Below are positions 37,727 to 50,160 of a DNA stretch of 64,000 nucleotides, one piece after another. Each line of letters begins with the position of its first letter. Position 1 is the stretch's first letter. The notes beneath the pieces are model-generated. The model had not been told where the DNA came from and made no database searches. It saw only the letters and a program-made list of their open reading frames with translations. Both the position numbers and the translations under genes were made by a program. The DNA comes from Auanema rhodensis (lineage: Eukaryota > Animalia > Nematoda), in NCBI GenBank assembly GCA_964057225.1, contig OZ059894.1, positions 11,346,001 through 11,410,000 on the forward strand, read 5' to 3'.

Positions 37727-37867
37727 AATGTCATATTCTTCATTATCAGTTATATCATCTAAATCTTGTTGTTAATAGATACGACCACAAAGAAAACAAC
37801 AGGAACAGTAACAATAACAAAAAAAATTTTTTTTTCACCTATGTGTCTAAAGGTTAGCCATGTATCC

Positions 37868-37907
<40 letters not shown>

Positions 37908-39087
37908 ACAGTAAAAAGTCCAATCAAGAGAGAAATTTTTTCAACACATAGTTGTTTTTTTTTTAAATATCATTGTTTTTCCTCATAACTCGGTTTAAAC
38001 TCGTTCTAACCCGTTGAAATACGTCTAGAAAGTCTTTATAACATGCATATGTATGATAGAACTTCATATTTATTGTAATAGAAAATTTTATTTTCAGACG
38101 TCTTGGTTAACAATGATATGTTTTACCCCCTTATAATTTTTATCATAATGTTCCTTATACGGAACGCTCAATGAAACTTGCTTCCAGAAAAATTTCTTTC
38201 TATTTTTTCTTCATATGTACGTAGATACTATAGAGAACTATGATAGAAAACTTTAACATTCACGAAATCATCATTTCTCATTACGCTACGGAGGTTTAAA
38301 AAGCTGTGTTTTACCTTATAATAGACCGGAAAACCCTTGTGTTAAAACTGGACCGTTTTTACACATATAAAAATGTCCCGTATTCGGGACCCTAATGTAA
38401 CTTTTGATTCCCTATATTTTTTTTCATGAAATTTACAATCTACTGTAGAAAGAAGAATTATTTTTATAAAAACTGTAAATTTTTGAAAAATGAAAACAAA
38501 ACGAAAACAAAAACAACTTTTTTTTGAACATTTTCTCACACAAGGGTCCCCCCTTACCTACTTTTTTTCTCATTACTCGTTTCAACCTCATCCGATCACT
38601 CTGCAAACATGTTTAATCGTTCTAACTTGTTGAAATACGTCTTAAAAGTCTAAACAACATGCATATGCATAATAGAAACCACCCGAATAGGCCCCCACGC
38701 ACTAAACGAGATATATACATTACCAGTATAGTAATAGAACACATATTGAAGATTAATTCGATAAGAACAATTTATTGACGTAGAGAATGTTTGTTCCGAA
38801 AAACTACAATATTAAACTATAAAAGTAACAAAAGCGTAGAGGCAGCAAAGACATGAATAAACATAAATGTAAATACAGAATTACCAGGTAGTACATAAGT
38901 ATGACAAAAAATTATAAGAAAGCCATGAAAATAGAAGGTTTGTGAACAAATGAGAGGTACATCTTTGATCGTATAGTCATTTCTAAACCGTTCGTATGCT
39001 GCAGCATCGTCATAAGCGTCACTCAAGTTGAATTTCCATGTGTACTACACGATTTTCATTCTTATTGTTACATTCTTTCCCTGAGGG

Positions 39088-39235
39088 AATGGGCCGTTCC
39101 CGCCAGCAGTGCAAGAGCGGGTCGACCCGTGAGGTGGAGCTAGCAAGCCAGCATCTACCTCAAGTCTCAAAAATCGGTTAACCTTATTGTGAACCAATGG
39201 AACACATATCGAAGGTTAATTCGATAAGAACGATT
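39088..39235 (-). pseudogene. U2: U2 snRNA 3' fragment (nt 39-186) downstream of full-length Utopia
   Basis: U2 match ends at ...GAACGATT (39235). Confidence 0.92.
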
Positions 39236-42200
39236 AATGGTTTATTGAATAACTAATGTTATGATACAATAAATAACCAATAAAAAAGAGCCCAGAATCG
39301 GGGAGACGGTATTACCAGTACAACTTAAAACAGCAAGTAATTAAAAAGTACATAATAAGACACATTGCCAACAGAGGCTAAAACGACTCAAGAGTCGGGG
39401 GAGTGGGTTAAAAAAAAATGAACAAAAAAAATGAATATTAAAGCAGAACAATGAGAAATCAAGTGCCGCTATGATCAAACAATTTGAGTGCCTACGGCAA
39501 TGATGTTAAAAATAAACAACAAAATACATGTACCAATGAAGGTCAGAAAGAAAGAAACAAAAGACAAAATAAGTAATACAAAAAGTAAATACATTACAAT
39601 CAAATCACAAACAAGTCAATTGATAATTTCTTCTTCATATTGCCTTACACCAGAAACATGTTCCACGTAGATATTCCTGGCCCACTTGATGGTATCGGCG
39701 ACGACGAGCTTCTCCATTAGCCGGTTGTAGTGGCTGCTGATCTTGAGTGATCGGAGGGCTTGTCCGTTGAGCGGGTCCATAGTTCCAAGCATTCCTACGA
39801 CATACGCTTCTACACTAGTCTTATAACCAAGACATTGGTATTGGCTGGCTATGTCAGCATATTTCCTCTCCTTTATCATACGCGCGGCTATCATGGCTTG
39901 ACGGCGGTTTTCATAGCTCACTGTAACATCAACGATACTACAGTGTTTTGCGTCATGATCGACCACTACTATGTCAGGTCGGAGTGTACTATTAATGCCA
40001 GGAAGAGGCTGGTTAGTGTAAACTTCTCCGTTTTTAGGCTCTGGCAGGGCTTTGATAAGACGGTCCACGATGTTGTTGTGGCGGAGTTGGATTGCTCTCG
40101 TGTGAGAGTGGCAGTGTCCAAGAACATGTGCAGCAGTTTCGTTGGAGTAACTACACCTGCGGCACTGTTTGTTTCCTTCTCCGTGTCTTCTACAGCCATT
40201 GAGCTGGAGAGTATTGAGTCGAGCCTTGTGGATGAATCGCCAATCAGCAAACCGTATGAAATCTCCCTTCGCCATAAAGTGATTGGACGCTTTGTTGAGC
40301 ATTGTGACATCAAAGACTTTCCCTTGATCCGGTTTTTGAAGAAGGATCCGAAGGTCTTTCAGCCATAATGCACGTCGCAGGCTTCTGTGGCATAGTGAAG
40401 GTGTTAACAGTTGGTTGTTTAGATTGAGTTCTAAACCACTTTCGAGGCATGTCCAGTTAGCGTTGATGAGTTTCTTGAGTTGACGCATCGCTACTCTTAC
40501 TCTAGTCCAGATGGAGGAAACATCAGATGTTTCGGTGTCGAAAATGCCATCAACGGAACCGTTGTAATATGCAGCTGTCTCATCGTTACTGGCTTGACGT
40601 TTAATCCTTTTTGATGCTACTTTTTTTGAGTCTTGATGCGCAATATCAGCTACTACAAGATCAGATGACTTCAAAAGTTGGTAGGCATGAGTGACTTCAC
40701 AGACGTCTGACAGGTGTTGGAGTCGAGAGAGACCAAGTCCGCCGTAGTTAGTTGGCAGGTAGATTGGTTCAGCACTGGCGTTTGGAGGATAGTGCATCCA
40801 TCTACGGGCACAGCGTTTGAGTTCTTTGTCAAAGGCGACTAGTTTACTCTTTGGGACGTGGCCATTCGTCATATGAAAATTAAGGCAGGGCATCAGGAAG
40901 GTGCGTACTGCGTCAGCTTTCTGCCATTCAGCAAGTAAGGATTTGTCAATTTTTTCCAAGTGTTGACTCATAATATTCACTGTTGGAACCGCAGACTTAT
41001 GTAAATGCATTCCAGTAGGGATTCCCAGGTGGGAGTAGCTGTCAAATTTGCTAAGAGCGGGTAGAGAGGAGCTCTGTAGCATGTATGAGGCTGTTGATAT
41101 TTTCCCTTTGTCGATCGTCAAGGTGGCGCATTTCGCTGGTTTGAAGGTCAAGCCTGTGAAATTAGCCGCATTTGATGCTGCGTCCAACATTTTCTGTAGA
41201 TCTTCTGATGATGAGGAGACCAGGGCAAGGTCATCGGCGTACGCTAGCACAGCGATGTTGTGGTTGTGTAGCTTATAGCCTGTAGAGGTTTCCAAGATGG
41301 TTTTAATTAGAGGTTCAATGGCAAGGTTGAACAGGATCGGAGATAGTGGGGATCCTTGTAACACACCTGCGTGAACTGGAATGGTCGAAGTGAGTCCGGA
41401 GCCTGTCTGGATTCTTGTAGAGGCATCTGTGTATAGAGCTCGTACTCGGGATATTGAGGCTTCAGCCATTCCTGACCATCTTAGAACGTCTAGCAGAGTT
41501 TCGTGTGGCAGCGATCCAAAAGCGTTTGCGAGATCAAGCCAAGCAATTGCAATTTTCTCACGTTTACGTTTAGCGTCCGCAATGGTACTTTGCAACATAA
41601 AGTTGTGTTCCATGCATCCAGCTTTGGCCACAAAGCCCTTTTGGGAGGGAGAAAGTCTTTTTTCTGCTCTTGCCCATGTTAGCAGTCGATGCGTAAGACA
41701 AGCTGAGTACGTCTTACCAATTGTGCACGAAAGTGCTATTGGTCGCCAGTTGTTAATGTCAGCTTTATCACCTTTCTTATGGATGAGGACGGTGGTCGAC
41801 TCTTTCCAGGAAAAAGGGATGTGTCCTAGCTTGTGTACGGTGTTAAATATCGCTGCTAATATGTGACCTCCTTGGTCAAATTTCTTCCAGTGCGAGTATC
41901 GAAGTCCATCAGCTCCTGGAGCCGTATCGCTGCAACGTCGTATGCGTTCCCAGACTTCCAAAGGGGTGAAAACACCTTCTAGTGGGTCGGTACTAGCTGG
42001 CAAATCCGGTCTGGTGACTGTGATGGGGAGGGCTGGGCCTTGACTGCTGTGAACAGAAAGGAAGTGTTTTTCAACCTCTGCAGATGGTATGGTGCAGGTT
42101 TCACTTTGTTCTCCGAGCAGTTGTCGAAAGGCTTTCTTCTTGTTGGCCCTCCAAAGCTTCTGGAGCTTCATCGCCTGGGTTTTTTGGTCTTCCTCAGGTT

Positions 42201-42946
42201 GTGTGTGTGGTCGGCGCCTTTGTCGGAAGTTGGGAACTTTGATCATAATGTCAAGAGACTTTCTGATTGTGTCTACCAACTCTTCCAGGACCTGCTCGAG
42301 CTCACTTTTGCACACTACCTTTTTAATTCTATCCACCCAAATATTTTCAGAGTTTCTATTCGGATCAGGGTCGGCAAAAGATGGTTCTGTACTCGGAACC
42401 CTGATCTCGTTGAATATTTCACTCTCTCGCGGAAGGGGGGAAACTTCGGCCTCTGGGGACAAGTCCAGAATTGGGGCCTCAAACAAGCGTACCGTTGATG
42501 GAGATCCTTGTTCCTGTCCACTGGATGATGTTTCCTCCATTGTACGCTCCTCCACGGGCGGGGTGGTCGTCCTTGTGCCTGGTGGGCGGGTGTTCCTGAT
42601 CCTCCGCAATATAGGGCGGGAACTGGGCTCTCTCGGAGATAGAGGTGAGATCACCACAGTTTCCTCTATGATGCGGAGACATCCTTCAGCTTTTTTCTGA
42701 TGGCTTTTAACGGCCTTCAGATTGCTGGTGAGGCCACAGGCACGGCACTCAAATTCTACTCTGACCTCATGTTCTCTCCGAAGATGGCGGACGAGACCAT
42801 TGTGGTCTGAGTAGGATCGCGGAATAGGAGCGCAGATTGAACACGAAAAAGGGCTCTGAAGAGGCACCTTTAGCTTGTAAAGCCCTTGCTCCATCTCTAG
42901 CAGATCTAAAGACTTACGTAGTACAGTTGCAATATCGATTTAGCCA
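39236..42946 (-). mobile_element. Utopia-like (NeSL group, RLE-type) U2-specific non-LTR retrotransposon with intact ORF
   Basis: Single ORF ZnF-RT-CCHC-RLE; 380-nt 3' UTR ending AATAAACCAT(T) joined to U2 nt 38/39; no LTRs; U2 target plus RLE endonuclease indicates Utopia rather than APE-bearing Keno. Confidence 0.95.
39616..42894 (-). CDS. Non-LTR retrotransposon protein: N-terminal zinc fingers, reverse transcriptase, CCHC knuckle, restriction-like endonuclease (1092 aa)
   Basis: CSIC..HLRREH and CRAC..H..C fingers; APGADG, WRPIAL, QKGF, LDLANAFGS, GVLQGSPLSPILFN, YADD, HLG; CRRC..ETAAHVLGHC; RHN, RPD..D, KERKY; in-frame TAA 16 codons upstream of the ATG. Confidence 0.97.
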   Translation of the reverse strand: MEQGLYKLKVPLQSPFSCSICAPIPRSYSDHNGLVRHLRREHEVRVEFECRACGLTSNLKAVKSHQKKAEGCLRIIEETVVISPLSPREPSSRPILRRIRNTRPPGTRTTTPPVEERTMEETSSSGQEQGSPSTVRLFEAPILDLSPEAEVSPLPRESEIFNEIRVPSTEPSFADPDPNRNSENIWVDRIKKVVCKSELEQVLEELVDTIRKSLDIMIKVPNFRQRRRPHTQPEEDQKTQAMKLQKLWRANKKKAFRQLLGEQSETCTIPSAEVEKHFLSVHSSQGPALPITVTRPDLPASTDPLEGVFTPLEVWERIRRCSDTAPGADGLRYSHWKKFDQGGHILAAIFNTVHKLGHIPFSWKESTTVLIHKKGDKADINNWRPIALSCTIGKTYSACLTHRLLTWARAEKRLSPSQKGFVAKAGCMEHNFMLQSTIADAKRKREKIAIAWLDLANAFGSLPHETLLDVLRWSGMAEASISRVRALYTDASTRIQTGSGLTSTIPVHAGVLQGSPLSPILFNLAIEPLIKTILETSTGYKLHNHNIAVLAYADDLALVSSSSEDLQKMLDAASNAANFTGLTFKPAKCATLTIDKGKISTASYMLQSSSLPALSKFDSYSHLGIPTGMHLHKSAVPTVNIMSQHLEKIDKSLLAEWQKADAVRTFLMPCLNFHMTNGHVPKSKLVAFDKELKRCARRWMHYPPNASAEPIYLPTNYGGLGLSRLQHLSDVCEVTHAYQLLKSSDLVVADIAHQDSKKVASKRIKRQASNDETAAYYNGSVDGIFDTETSDVSSIWTRVRVAMRQLKKLINANWTCLESGLELNLNNQLLTPSLCHRSLRRALWLKDLRILLQKPDQGKVFDVTMLNKASNHFMAKGDFIRFADWRFIHKARLNTLQLNGCRRHGEGNKQCRRCSYSNETAAHVLGHCHSHTRAIQLRHNNIVDRLIKALPEPKNGEVYTNQPLPGINSTLRPDIVVVDHDAKHCSIVDVTVSYENRRQAMIAARMIKERKYADIASQYQCLGYKTSVEAYVVGMLGTMDPLNGQALRSLKISSHYNRLMEKLVVADTIKWARNIYVEHVSGVRQYEEEIIN

Positions 42947-43005
42947 TTAACCTTATTGTGAACCAATGGAACACATATCGAAGGTTAATTCGATAAGAAC
43001 GATTA
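42947..43005 (-). pseudogene. U2: Internal U2 fragment (nt ~38-96) at 5' end of Utopia
   Basis: TTAACCTTATTGTGAACC...GAACGATTA matches U2 exactly; U2 nt 1-37 absent. Confidence 0.9.
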
Positions 43006-43919
43006 AAAATTTAAATTTTAAAAATTTCTTTCTATTTTTTCTTCATATGTACGTAGATACTATAGAGAACTATGATAGAAAACTTTAACATTCACGAAAT
43101 CATCATTTCTCATTACGCTACGGAGGTTTAAAAAGCTGTGTTTTACCTTATAATAGACCGGAAAACCCTTGTGTTAAAACTGGACCGTTTTTACACATAT
43201 AAAAATGTCCCGTATTCGGGACCCTAATGTAACTTTTGATTCCCTATATTTTTTTTCATGAAATTTACAATCTACTGTAGAAAGAAGAATTATTTTTATA
43301 AAAACTGTAAATTTTTGAAAAATGAAAACAAAACGAAAACAAAAACAACTTTTTTTTGAACATTTTCTCACACAAGGGTCCCCCCTTACCTACTTTTTTT
43401 CTCATTACTCGTTTCAACCTCATCCGATCACTCTGCAAACATGTTTAATCGTTCTAACTTGTTGAAATACGTCTTAAAAGTCTAAACAACATGCATATGC
43501 ATAATAGAAACCACCCGAATAGGCCCCCACGCACTAAACGAGATATATACATTACCAGTATAGTAATAGAACACATATTGAAGATTAATTCGATAAGAAC
43601 AATTTATTGACGTAGAGAATGTTTGTTCCGAAAAACTACAATATTAAACTATAAAAGTAACAAAAGCGTAGAGGCAGCAAAGACATGAATAAACATAAAT
43701 GTAAATACAGAATTACCAGGTAGTACATAAGTATGACAAAAAATTATAAGAAAGCCATGAAAATAGAAGGTTTGTGAACAAATGAGAGGTACATCTTTGA
43801 TCGTATAGTCATTTCTAAACCGTTCGTATGCTGCAGCATCGTCATAAGCGTCACTCAAGTTGAATTTCCATGTGTACTACACGATTTTCATTCTTATTGT
43901 TACATTCTTTCCCTGAGGG

Positions 43920-44105
43920 AATGGGCCGTTCCCGCCAGCAGTGCAAGAGCGGGTCGACCCGTGAGGTGGAGCTAGCAAGCCAGCATCTACCTCAAGTCTC
44001 AAAAATCGGTTAACCTTATTGTGAACCAATGGAACACATATCGAAGGTTAATTCGATAAGAACGATTACTACACTTTGATCTTAGCCAAAAGGCCGAGAA
44101 GCGAT
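43920..44105 (-). ncRNA. U2: U2 snRNA
   Basis: Copy of 563-748. Confidence 0.97.
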
Positions 44106-44547
44106 ACAGCATAGCCATGAGTATCAAAGACATCAAGCAAATGTATCGTACTTGTTACGAGTGCACTCTCTCATTTGAATATAAAAGTGTGGTTTGACAA
44201 TCTTGACTGTACAGGTCATAAATGGCTCATATAAACTGTGGATTTACTCAACTTTTGGACTTATTTTTTTCTTATTCGAAGCGCTGCACTTTTTTCTATT
44301 CTTTTTATTCAAATACTTGTATATAGTTTTATATGTACGGTTGCAAAGTTTCCGAATATTTTATATATTTTTATACAATAATTAGGAGAAGGTTAATACA
44401 ATGAAATCTCCCAACTTTACAGTGTTTGTATTGCTTACAGTATCTAGAACAACCACTCTTGTAATATTAGAGCACATATCAATCAACAACTTTTTCTAGT
44501 TATCAAAGCTTTTTTATTTCTTCAAGATATTTCAAATAAAATATAAA

Positions 44548-44666
44548 AGCTTACGACACCCGGGATTCCCAAGCCGTCTCCGATCCAAGTACTAACCGGG
44601 CCCAACGTTGCTTGACTTGCCAGATCGGACGGGATGGCGTACTTTCAACGTGGTATGGTCGTAAGC
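44548..44666 (-). rRNA. 5S: 5S rRNA
   Basis: Copy of 1191-1309. Confidence 0.97.
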
Positions 44667-44907
44667 AATGTTATATTCTTCATTATCAGTTATATCACTC
44701 TAAATCTTGTTGTTAATAGTTAGGACCACAAAGAAAACAACAGGAACAGTAACAAATGAAATGCCCAAACTTTACAGTGTTCGAGTTATTTACAGTATCT
44801 AAGACTACCTCTGTCGTGTTATTAGAGCAAACATTCGATTAACAACAACTTTTTTTTAGTTATCAAAGCTTTTTTATTTCTTCAAAAAATTTCAAATAAA
44901 ATATAAA

Positions 44908-45026
44908 AGCTTACGACACCCGGGATTCCCAAGCCGTCTCCGATCCAAGTACTAACCGGGCCCAACGTTGCTTGACTTGCCAGATCGGACGGGATGGCGT
45001 ACTTTCAACGTGGTATGGTCGTAAGC
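44908..45026 (-). rRNA. 5S: 5S rRNA
   Basis: Copy of 1191-1309. Confidence 0.97.
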
Positions 45027-45168
45027 AATGTCATATTCTTCATTATCAGTTATATCACTCTAAATCTTGTTGTTAATAGATACGACCACAAAGAAAACAA
45101 CAGGAACAGTAACAATAACAAAAAAAATTTTTTTTTCACCTATGTGTCTAAAGGTTAGCCATGTATCC

Positions 45169-45216
<48 letters not shown>

Positions 45217-46396
45217 ACAGTAAAAAGTCCAATCAAGAGAGAAATTTTTTCAACACATAGTTGTTTTTTTTTTAAATATCATTGTTTTTCCTCATAACTC
45301 GGTTTAAACTCGTTCTAACCCGTTGAAATACGTCTAGAAAGTCTTTATAACATGCATATGTATGATAGAACTTCATATTTATTGTAATAGAAAATTTTAT
45401 TTTCAGACGTCTTGGTTAACAATGATATGTTTTACCCCCTTATAATTTTTATCATAATGTTCCTTATACGGAACGCTCAATGAAACTTGCTTCCAGAAAA
45501 ATTTCTTTCTATTTTTTCTTCATATGTACGTAGATACTATAGAGAACTATGATAGAAAACTTTAACATTCACGAAATCATCATTTCTCATTACGCTACGG
45601 AGGTTTAAAAAGCTGTGTTTTACCTTATAATAGACCGGAAAACCCTTGTGTTAAAACTGGACCGTTTTTACACATATAAAAATGTCCCGTATTCGGGACC
45701 CTAATGTAACTTTTGATTCCCTATATTTTTTTTCATGAAATTTACAATCTACTGTAGAAAGAAGAATTATTTTTATAAAAACTGTAAATTTTTGAAAAAT
45801 GAAAACAAAACGAAAACAAAAACAACTTTTTTTTGAACATTTTCTCACACAAGGGTCCCCCCTTACCTACTTTTTTTCTCATTACTCGTTTCAACCTCAT
45901 CCGATCACTCTGCAAACATGTTTAATCGTTCTAACTTGTTGAAATACGTCTTAAAAGTCTAAACAACATGCATATGCATAATAGAAACCACCCGAATAGG
46001 CCCCCACGCACTAAACGAGATATATACATTACCAGTATAGTAATAGAACACATATTGAAGATTAATTCGATAAGAACAATTTATTGACGTAGAGAATGTT
46101 TGTTCCGAAAAACTACAATATTAAACTATAAAAGTAACAAAAGCGTAGAGGCAGCAAAGACATGAATAAACATAAATGTAAATACAGAATTACCAGGTAG
46201 TACATAAGTATGACAAAAAATTATAAGAAAGCCATGAAAATAGAAGGTTTGTGAACAAATGAGAGGTACATCTTTGATCGTATAGTCATTTCTAAACCGT
46301 TCGTATGCTGCAGCATCGTCATAAGCGTCACTCAAGTTGAATTTCCATGTGTACTACACGATTTTCATTCTTATTGTTACATTCTTTCCCTGAGGG

Positions 46397-46582
46397 AATG
46401 GGCCGTTCCCGCCAGCAGTGCAAGAGCGGGTCGACCCGTGAGGTGGAGCTAGCAAGCCAGCATCTACCTCAAGTCTCAAAAATCGGTTAACCTTATTGTG
46501 AACCAATGGAACACATATCGAAGGTTAATTCGATAAGAACGATTACTACACTTTGATCTTAGCCAAAAGGCCGAGAAGCGAT
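46397..46582 (-). ncRNA. U2: U2 snRNA
   Basis: Copy of 563-748. Confidence 0.97.
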
Positions 46583-47024
46583 ACAGCATAGCCATGAGTA
46601 TCAAAGACATCAAGCAAATGTATCGTACTTGTTACGAGTGCACTCTCTCATTTGAATATAAAAGTGTGGTTTGACAATCTTGACTGTACAGGTCATAAAT
46701 GGCTCATATAAACTGTGGATTTACTCAACTTTTGGACTTATTTTTTTCTTATTCGAAGCGCTGCACTTTTTTCTATTCTTTTTATTCAAATACTTGTATA
46801 TAGTTTTATATGTACGGTTGCAAAGTTTCCGAATATTTTATATATTTTTATACAATAATTAGGAGAAGGTTAATACAATGAAATCTCCCAACTTTACAGT
46901 GTTTGTATTGCTTACAGTATCTAGAACAACCACTCTTGTAATATTAGAGCACATATCAATCAACAACTTTTTCTAGTTATCAAAGCTTTTTTATTTCTTC
47001 AAGATATTTCAAATAAAATATAAA

Positions 47025-47143
47025 AGCTTACGACACCCGGGATTCCCAAGCCGTCTCCGATCCAAGTACTAACCGGGCCCAACGTTGCTTGACTTGCCAG
47101 ATCGGACGGGATGGCGTACTTTCAACGTGGTATGGTCGTAAGC
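47025..47143 (-). rRNA. 5S: 5S rRNA
   Basis: Copy of 1191-1309. Confidence 0.97.
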
Positions 47144-47384
47144 AATGTTATATTCTTCATTATCAGTTATATCACTCTAAATCTTGTTGTTAATAGTTAG
47201 GACCACAAAGAAAACAACAGGAACAGTAACAAATGAAATGCCCAAACTTTACAGTGTTCGAGTTATTTACAGTATCTAAGACTACCTCTGTCGTGTTATT
47301 AGAGCAAACATTCGATTAACAACAACTTTTTTTTAGTTATCAAAGCTTTTTTATTTCTTCAAAAAATTTCAAATAAAATATAAA

Positions 47385-47503
47385 AGCTTACGACACCCGG
47401 GATTCCCAAGCCGTCTCCGATCCAAGTACTAACCGGGCCCAACGTTGCTTGACTTGCCAGATCGGACGGGATGGCGTACTTTCAACGTGGTATGGTCGTA
47501 AGC
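47385..47503 (-). rRNA. 5S: 5S rRNA
   Basis: Copy of 1191-1309. Confidence 0.97.
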
Positions 47504-48855
47504 AATGTCATATTCTTCATTATCAGTTATATCACTCTAAATCTTGTTGTTAATAGATACGACCACAAAGAAAACAACAGGAACAGTAACAATAACAAAA
47601 AAAATTTTTTTTTCACCTATGTGTCTAAAGGTTAGCCATGTATCCGTTTATATATATATATATATATATATATCAACAGTAAAAAGTCCAATCAAGAGAG
47701 AAATTTTTTCAACACATAGTTGTTTTTTTTTTAAATATCATTGTTTTTCCTCATAACTCGGTTTAAACTCGTTCTAACCCGTTGAAATACGTCTAGAAAG
47801 TCTTTATAACATGCATATGTATGATAGAACTTCATATTTATTGTAATAGAAAATTTTATTTTCAGACGTCTTGGTTAACAATGATATGTTTTACCCCCTT
47901 ATAATTTTTATCATAATGTTCCTTATACGGAACGCTCAATGAAACTTGCTTCCAGAAAAATTTCTTTCTATTTTTTCTTCATATGTACGTAGATACTATA
48001 GAGAACTATGATAGAAAACTTTAACATTCACGAAATCATCATTTCTCATTACGCTACGGAGGTTTAAAAAGCTGTGTTTTACCTTATAATAGACCGGAAA
48101 ACCCTTGTGTTAAAACTGGACCGTTTTTACACATATAAAAATGTCCCGTATTCGGGACCCTAATGTAACTTTTGATTCCCTATATTTTTTTTCATGAAAT
48201 TTACAATCTACTGTAGAAAGAAGAATTATTTTTATAAAAACTGTAAATTTTTGAAAAATGAAAACAAAACGAAAACAAAAACAACTTTTTTTTGAACATT
48301 TTCTCACACAAGGGTCCCCCCTTACCTACTTTTTTTCTCATTACTCGTTTCAACCTCATCCGATCACTCTGCAAACATGTTTAATCGTTCTAACTTGTTG
48401 AAATACGTCTTAAAAGTCTAAACAACATGCATATGCATAATAGAAACCACCCGAATAGGCCCCCACGCACTAAACGAGATATATACATTACCAGTATAGT
48501 AATAGAACACATATTGAAGATTAATTCGATAAGAACAATTTATTGACGTAGAGAATGTTTGTTCCGAAAAACTACAATATTAAACTATAAAAGTAACAAA
48601 AGCGTAGAGGCAGCAAAGACATGAATAAACATAAATGTAAATACAGAATTACCAGGTAGTACATAAGTATGACAAAAAATTATAAGAAAGCCATGAAAAT
48701 AGAAGGTTTGTGAACAAATGAGAGGTACATCTTTGATCGTATAGTCATTTCTAAACCGTTCGTATGCTGCAGCATCGTCATAAGCGTCACTCAAGTTGAA
48801 TTTCCATGTGTACTACACGATTTTCATTCTTATTGTTACATTCTTTCCCTGAGGG

Positions 48856-49041
48856 AATGGGCCGTTCCCGCCAGCAGTGCAAGAGCGGGTCGACCCGTGA
48901 GGTGGAGCTAGCAAGCCAGCATCTACCTCAAGTCTCAAAAATCGGTTAACCTTATTGTGAACCAATGGAACACATATCGAAGGTTAATTCGATAAGAACG
49001 ATTACTACACTTTGATCTTAGCCAAAAGGCCGAGAAGCGAT
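48856..49041 (-). ncRNA. U2: U2 snRNA
   Basis: Copy of 563-748. Confidence 0.97.
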
Positions 49042-49483
49042 ACAGCATAGCCATGAGTATCAAAGACATCAAGCAAATGTATCGTACTTGTTACGAGTGC
49101 ACTCTCTCATTTGAATATAAAAGTGTGGTTTGACAATCTTGACTGTACAGGTCATAAATGGCTCATATAAACTGTGGATTTACTCAACTTTTGGACTTAT
49201 TTTTTTCTTATTCGAAGCGCTGCACTTTTTTCTATTCTTTTTATTCAAATACTTGTATATAGTTTTATATGTACGGTTGCAAAGTTTCCGAATATTTTAT
49301 ATATTTTTATACAATAATTAGGAGAAGGTTAATACAATGAAATCTCCCAACTTTACAGTGTTTGTATTGCTTACAGTATCTAGAACAACCACTCTTGTAA
49401 TATTAGAGCACATATCAATCAACAACTTTTTCTAGTTATCAAAGCTTTTTTATTTCTTCAAGATATTTCAAATAAAATATAAA

Positions 49484-49602
49484 AGCTTACGACACCCGGG
49501 ATTCCCAAGCCGTCTCCGATCCAAGTACTAACCGGGCCCAACGTTGCTTGACTTGCCAGATCGGACGGGATGGCGTACTTTCAACGTGGTATGGTCGTAA
49601 GC
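49484..49602 (-). rRNA. 5S: 5S rRNA
   Basis: Copy of 1191-1309. Confidence 0.97.
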
Positions 49603-49843
49603 AATGTTATATTCTTCATTATCAGTTATATCACTCTAAATCTTGTTGTTAATAGTTAGGACCACAAAGAAAACAACAGGAACAGTAACAAATGAAATGC
49701 CCAAACTTTACAGTGTTCGAGTTATTTACAGTATCTAAGACTACCTCTGTCGTGTTATTAGAGCAAACATTCGATTAACAACAACTTTTTTTTAGTTATC
49801 AAAGCTTTTTTATTTCTTCAAAAAATTTCAAATAAAATATAAA

Positions 49844-49962
49844 AGCTTACGACACCCGGGATTCCCAAGCCGTCTCCGATCCAAGTACTAACCGGGCCCA
49901 ACGTTGCTTGACTTGCCAGATCGGACGGGATGGCGTACTTTCAACGTGGTATGGTCGTAAGC
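49844..49962 (-). rRNA. 5S: 5S rRNA
   Basis: Copy of 1191-1309. Confidence 0.97.
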
Positions 49963-50104
49963 AATGTCATATTCTTCATTATCAGTTATATCACTCTAAA
50001 TCTTGTTGTTAATAGATACGACCACAAAGAAAACAACAGGAACAGTAACAATAACAAAAAAAATTTTTTTTTCACCTATGTGTCTAAAGGTTAGCCATGT
50101 ATCC

Positions 50105-50160
<56 letters not shown>

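Noticed and set aside
39760-42700. Antisense and alternate-frame ORFs of 67-203 aa inside Utopia (also 8660-10178)
   Set aside because: Shadow ORFs of the long RT frame with no recognisable domains
42895-42946. TACTAC and TGGCTAA in the Utopia 5' UTR as U2-pairing or U2-derived motifs
   Set aside because: Matches of 6-7 nt are too short to distinguish from chance
39236-42946. Assignment to Keno (Tx1) or R2
   Set aside because: Keno encodes an N-terminal APE endonuclease and R2 targets 28S rDNA; this element has a C-terminal RLE and targets U2
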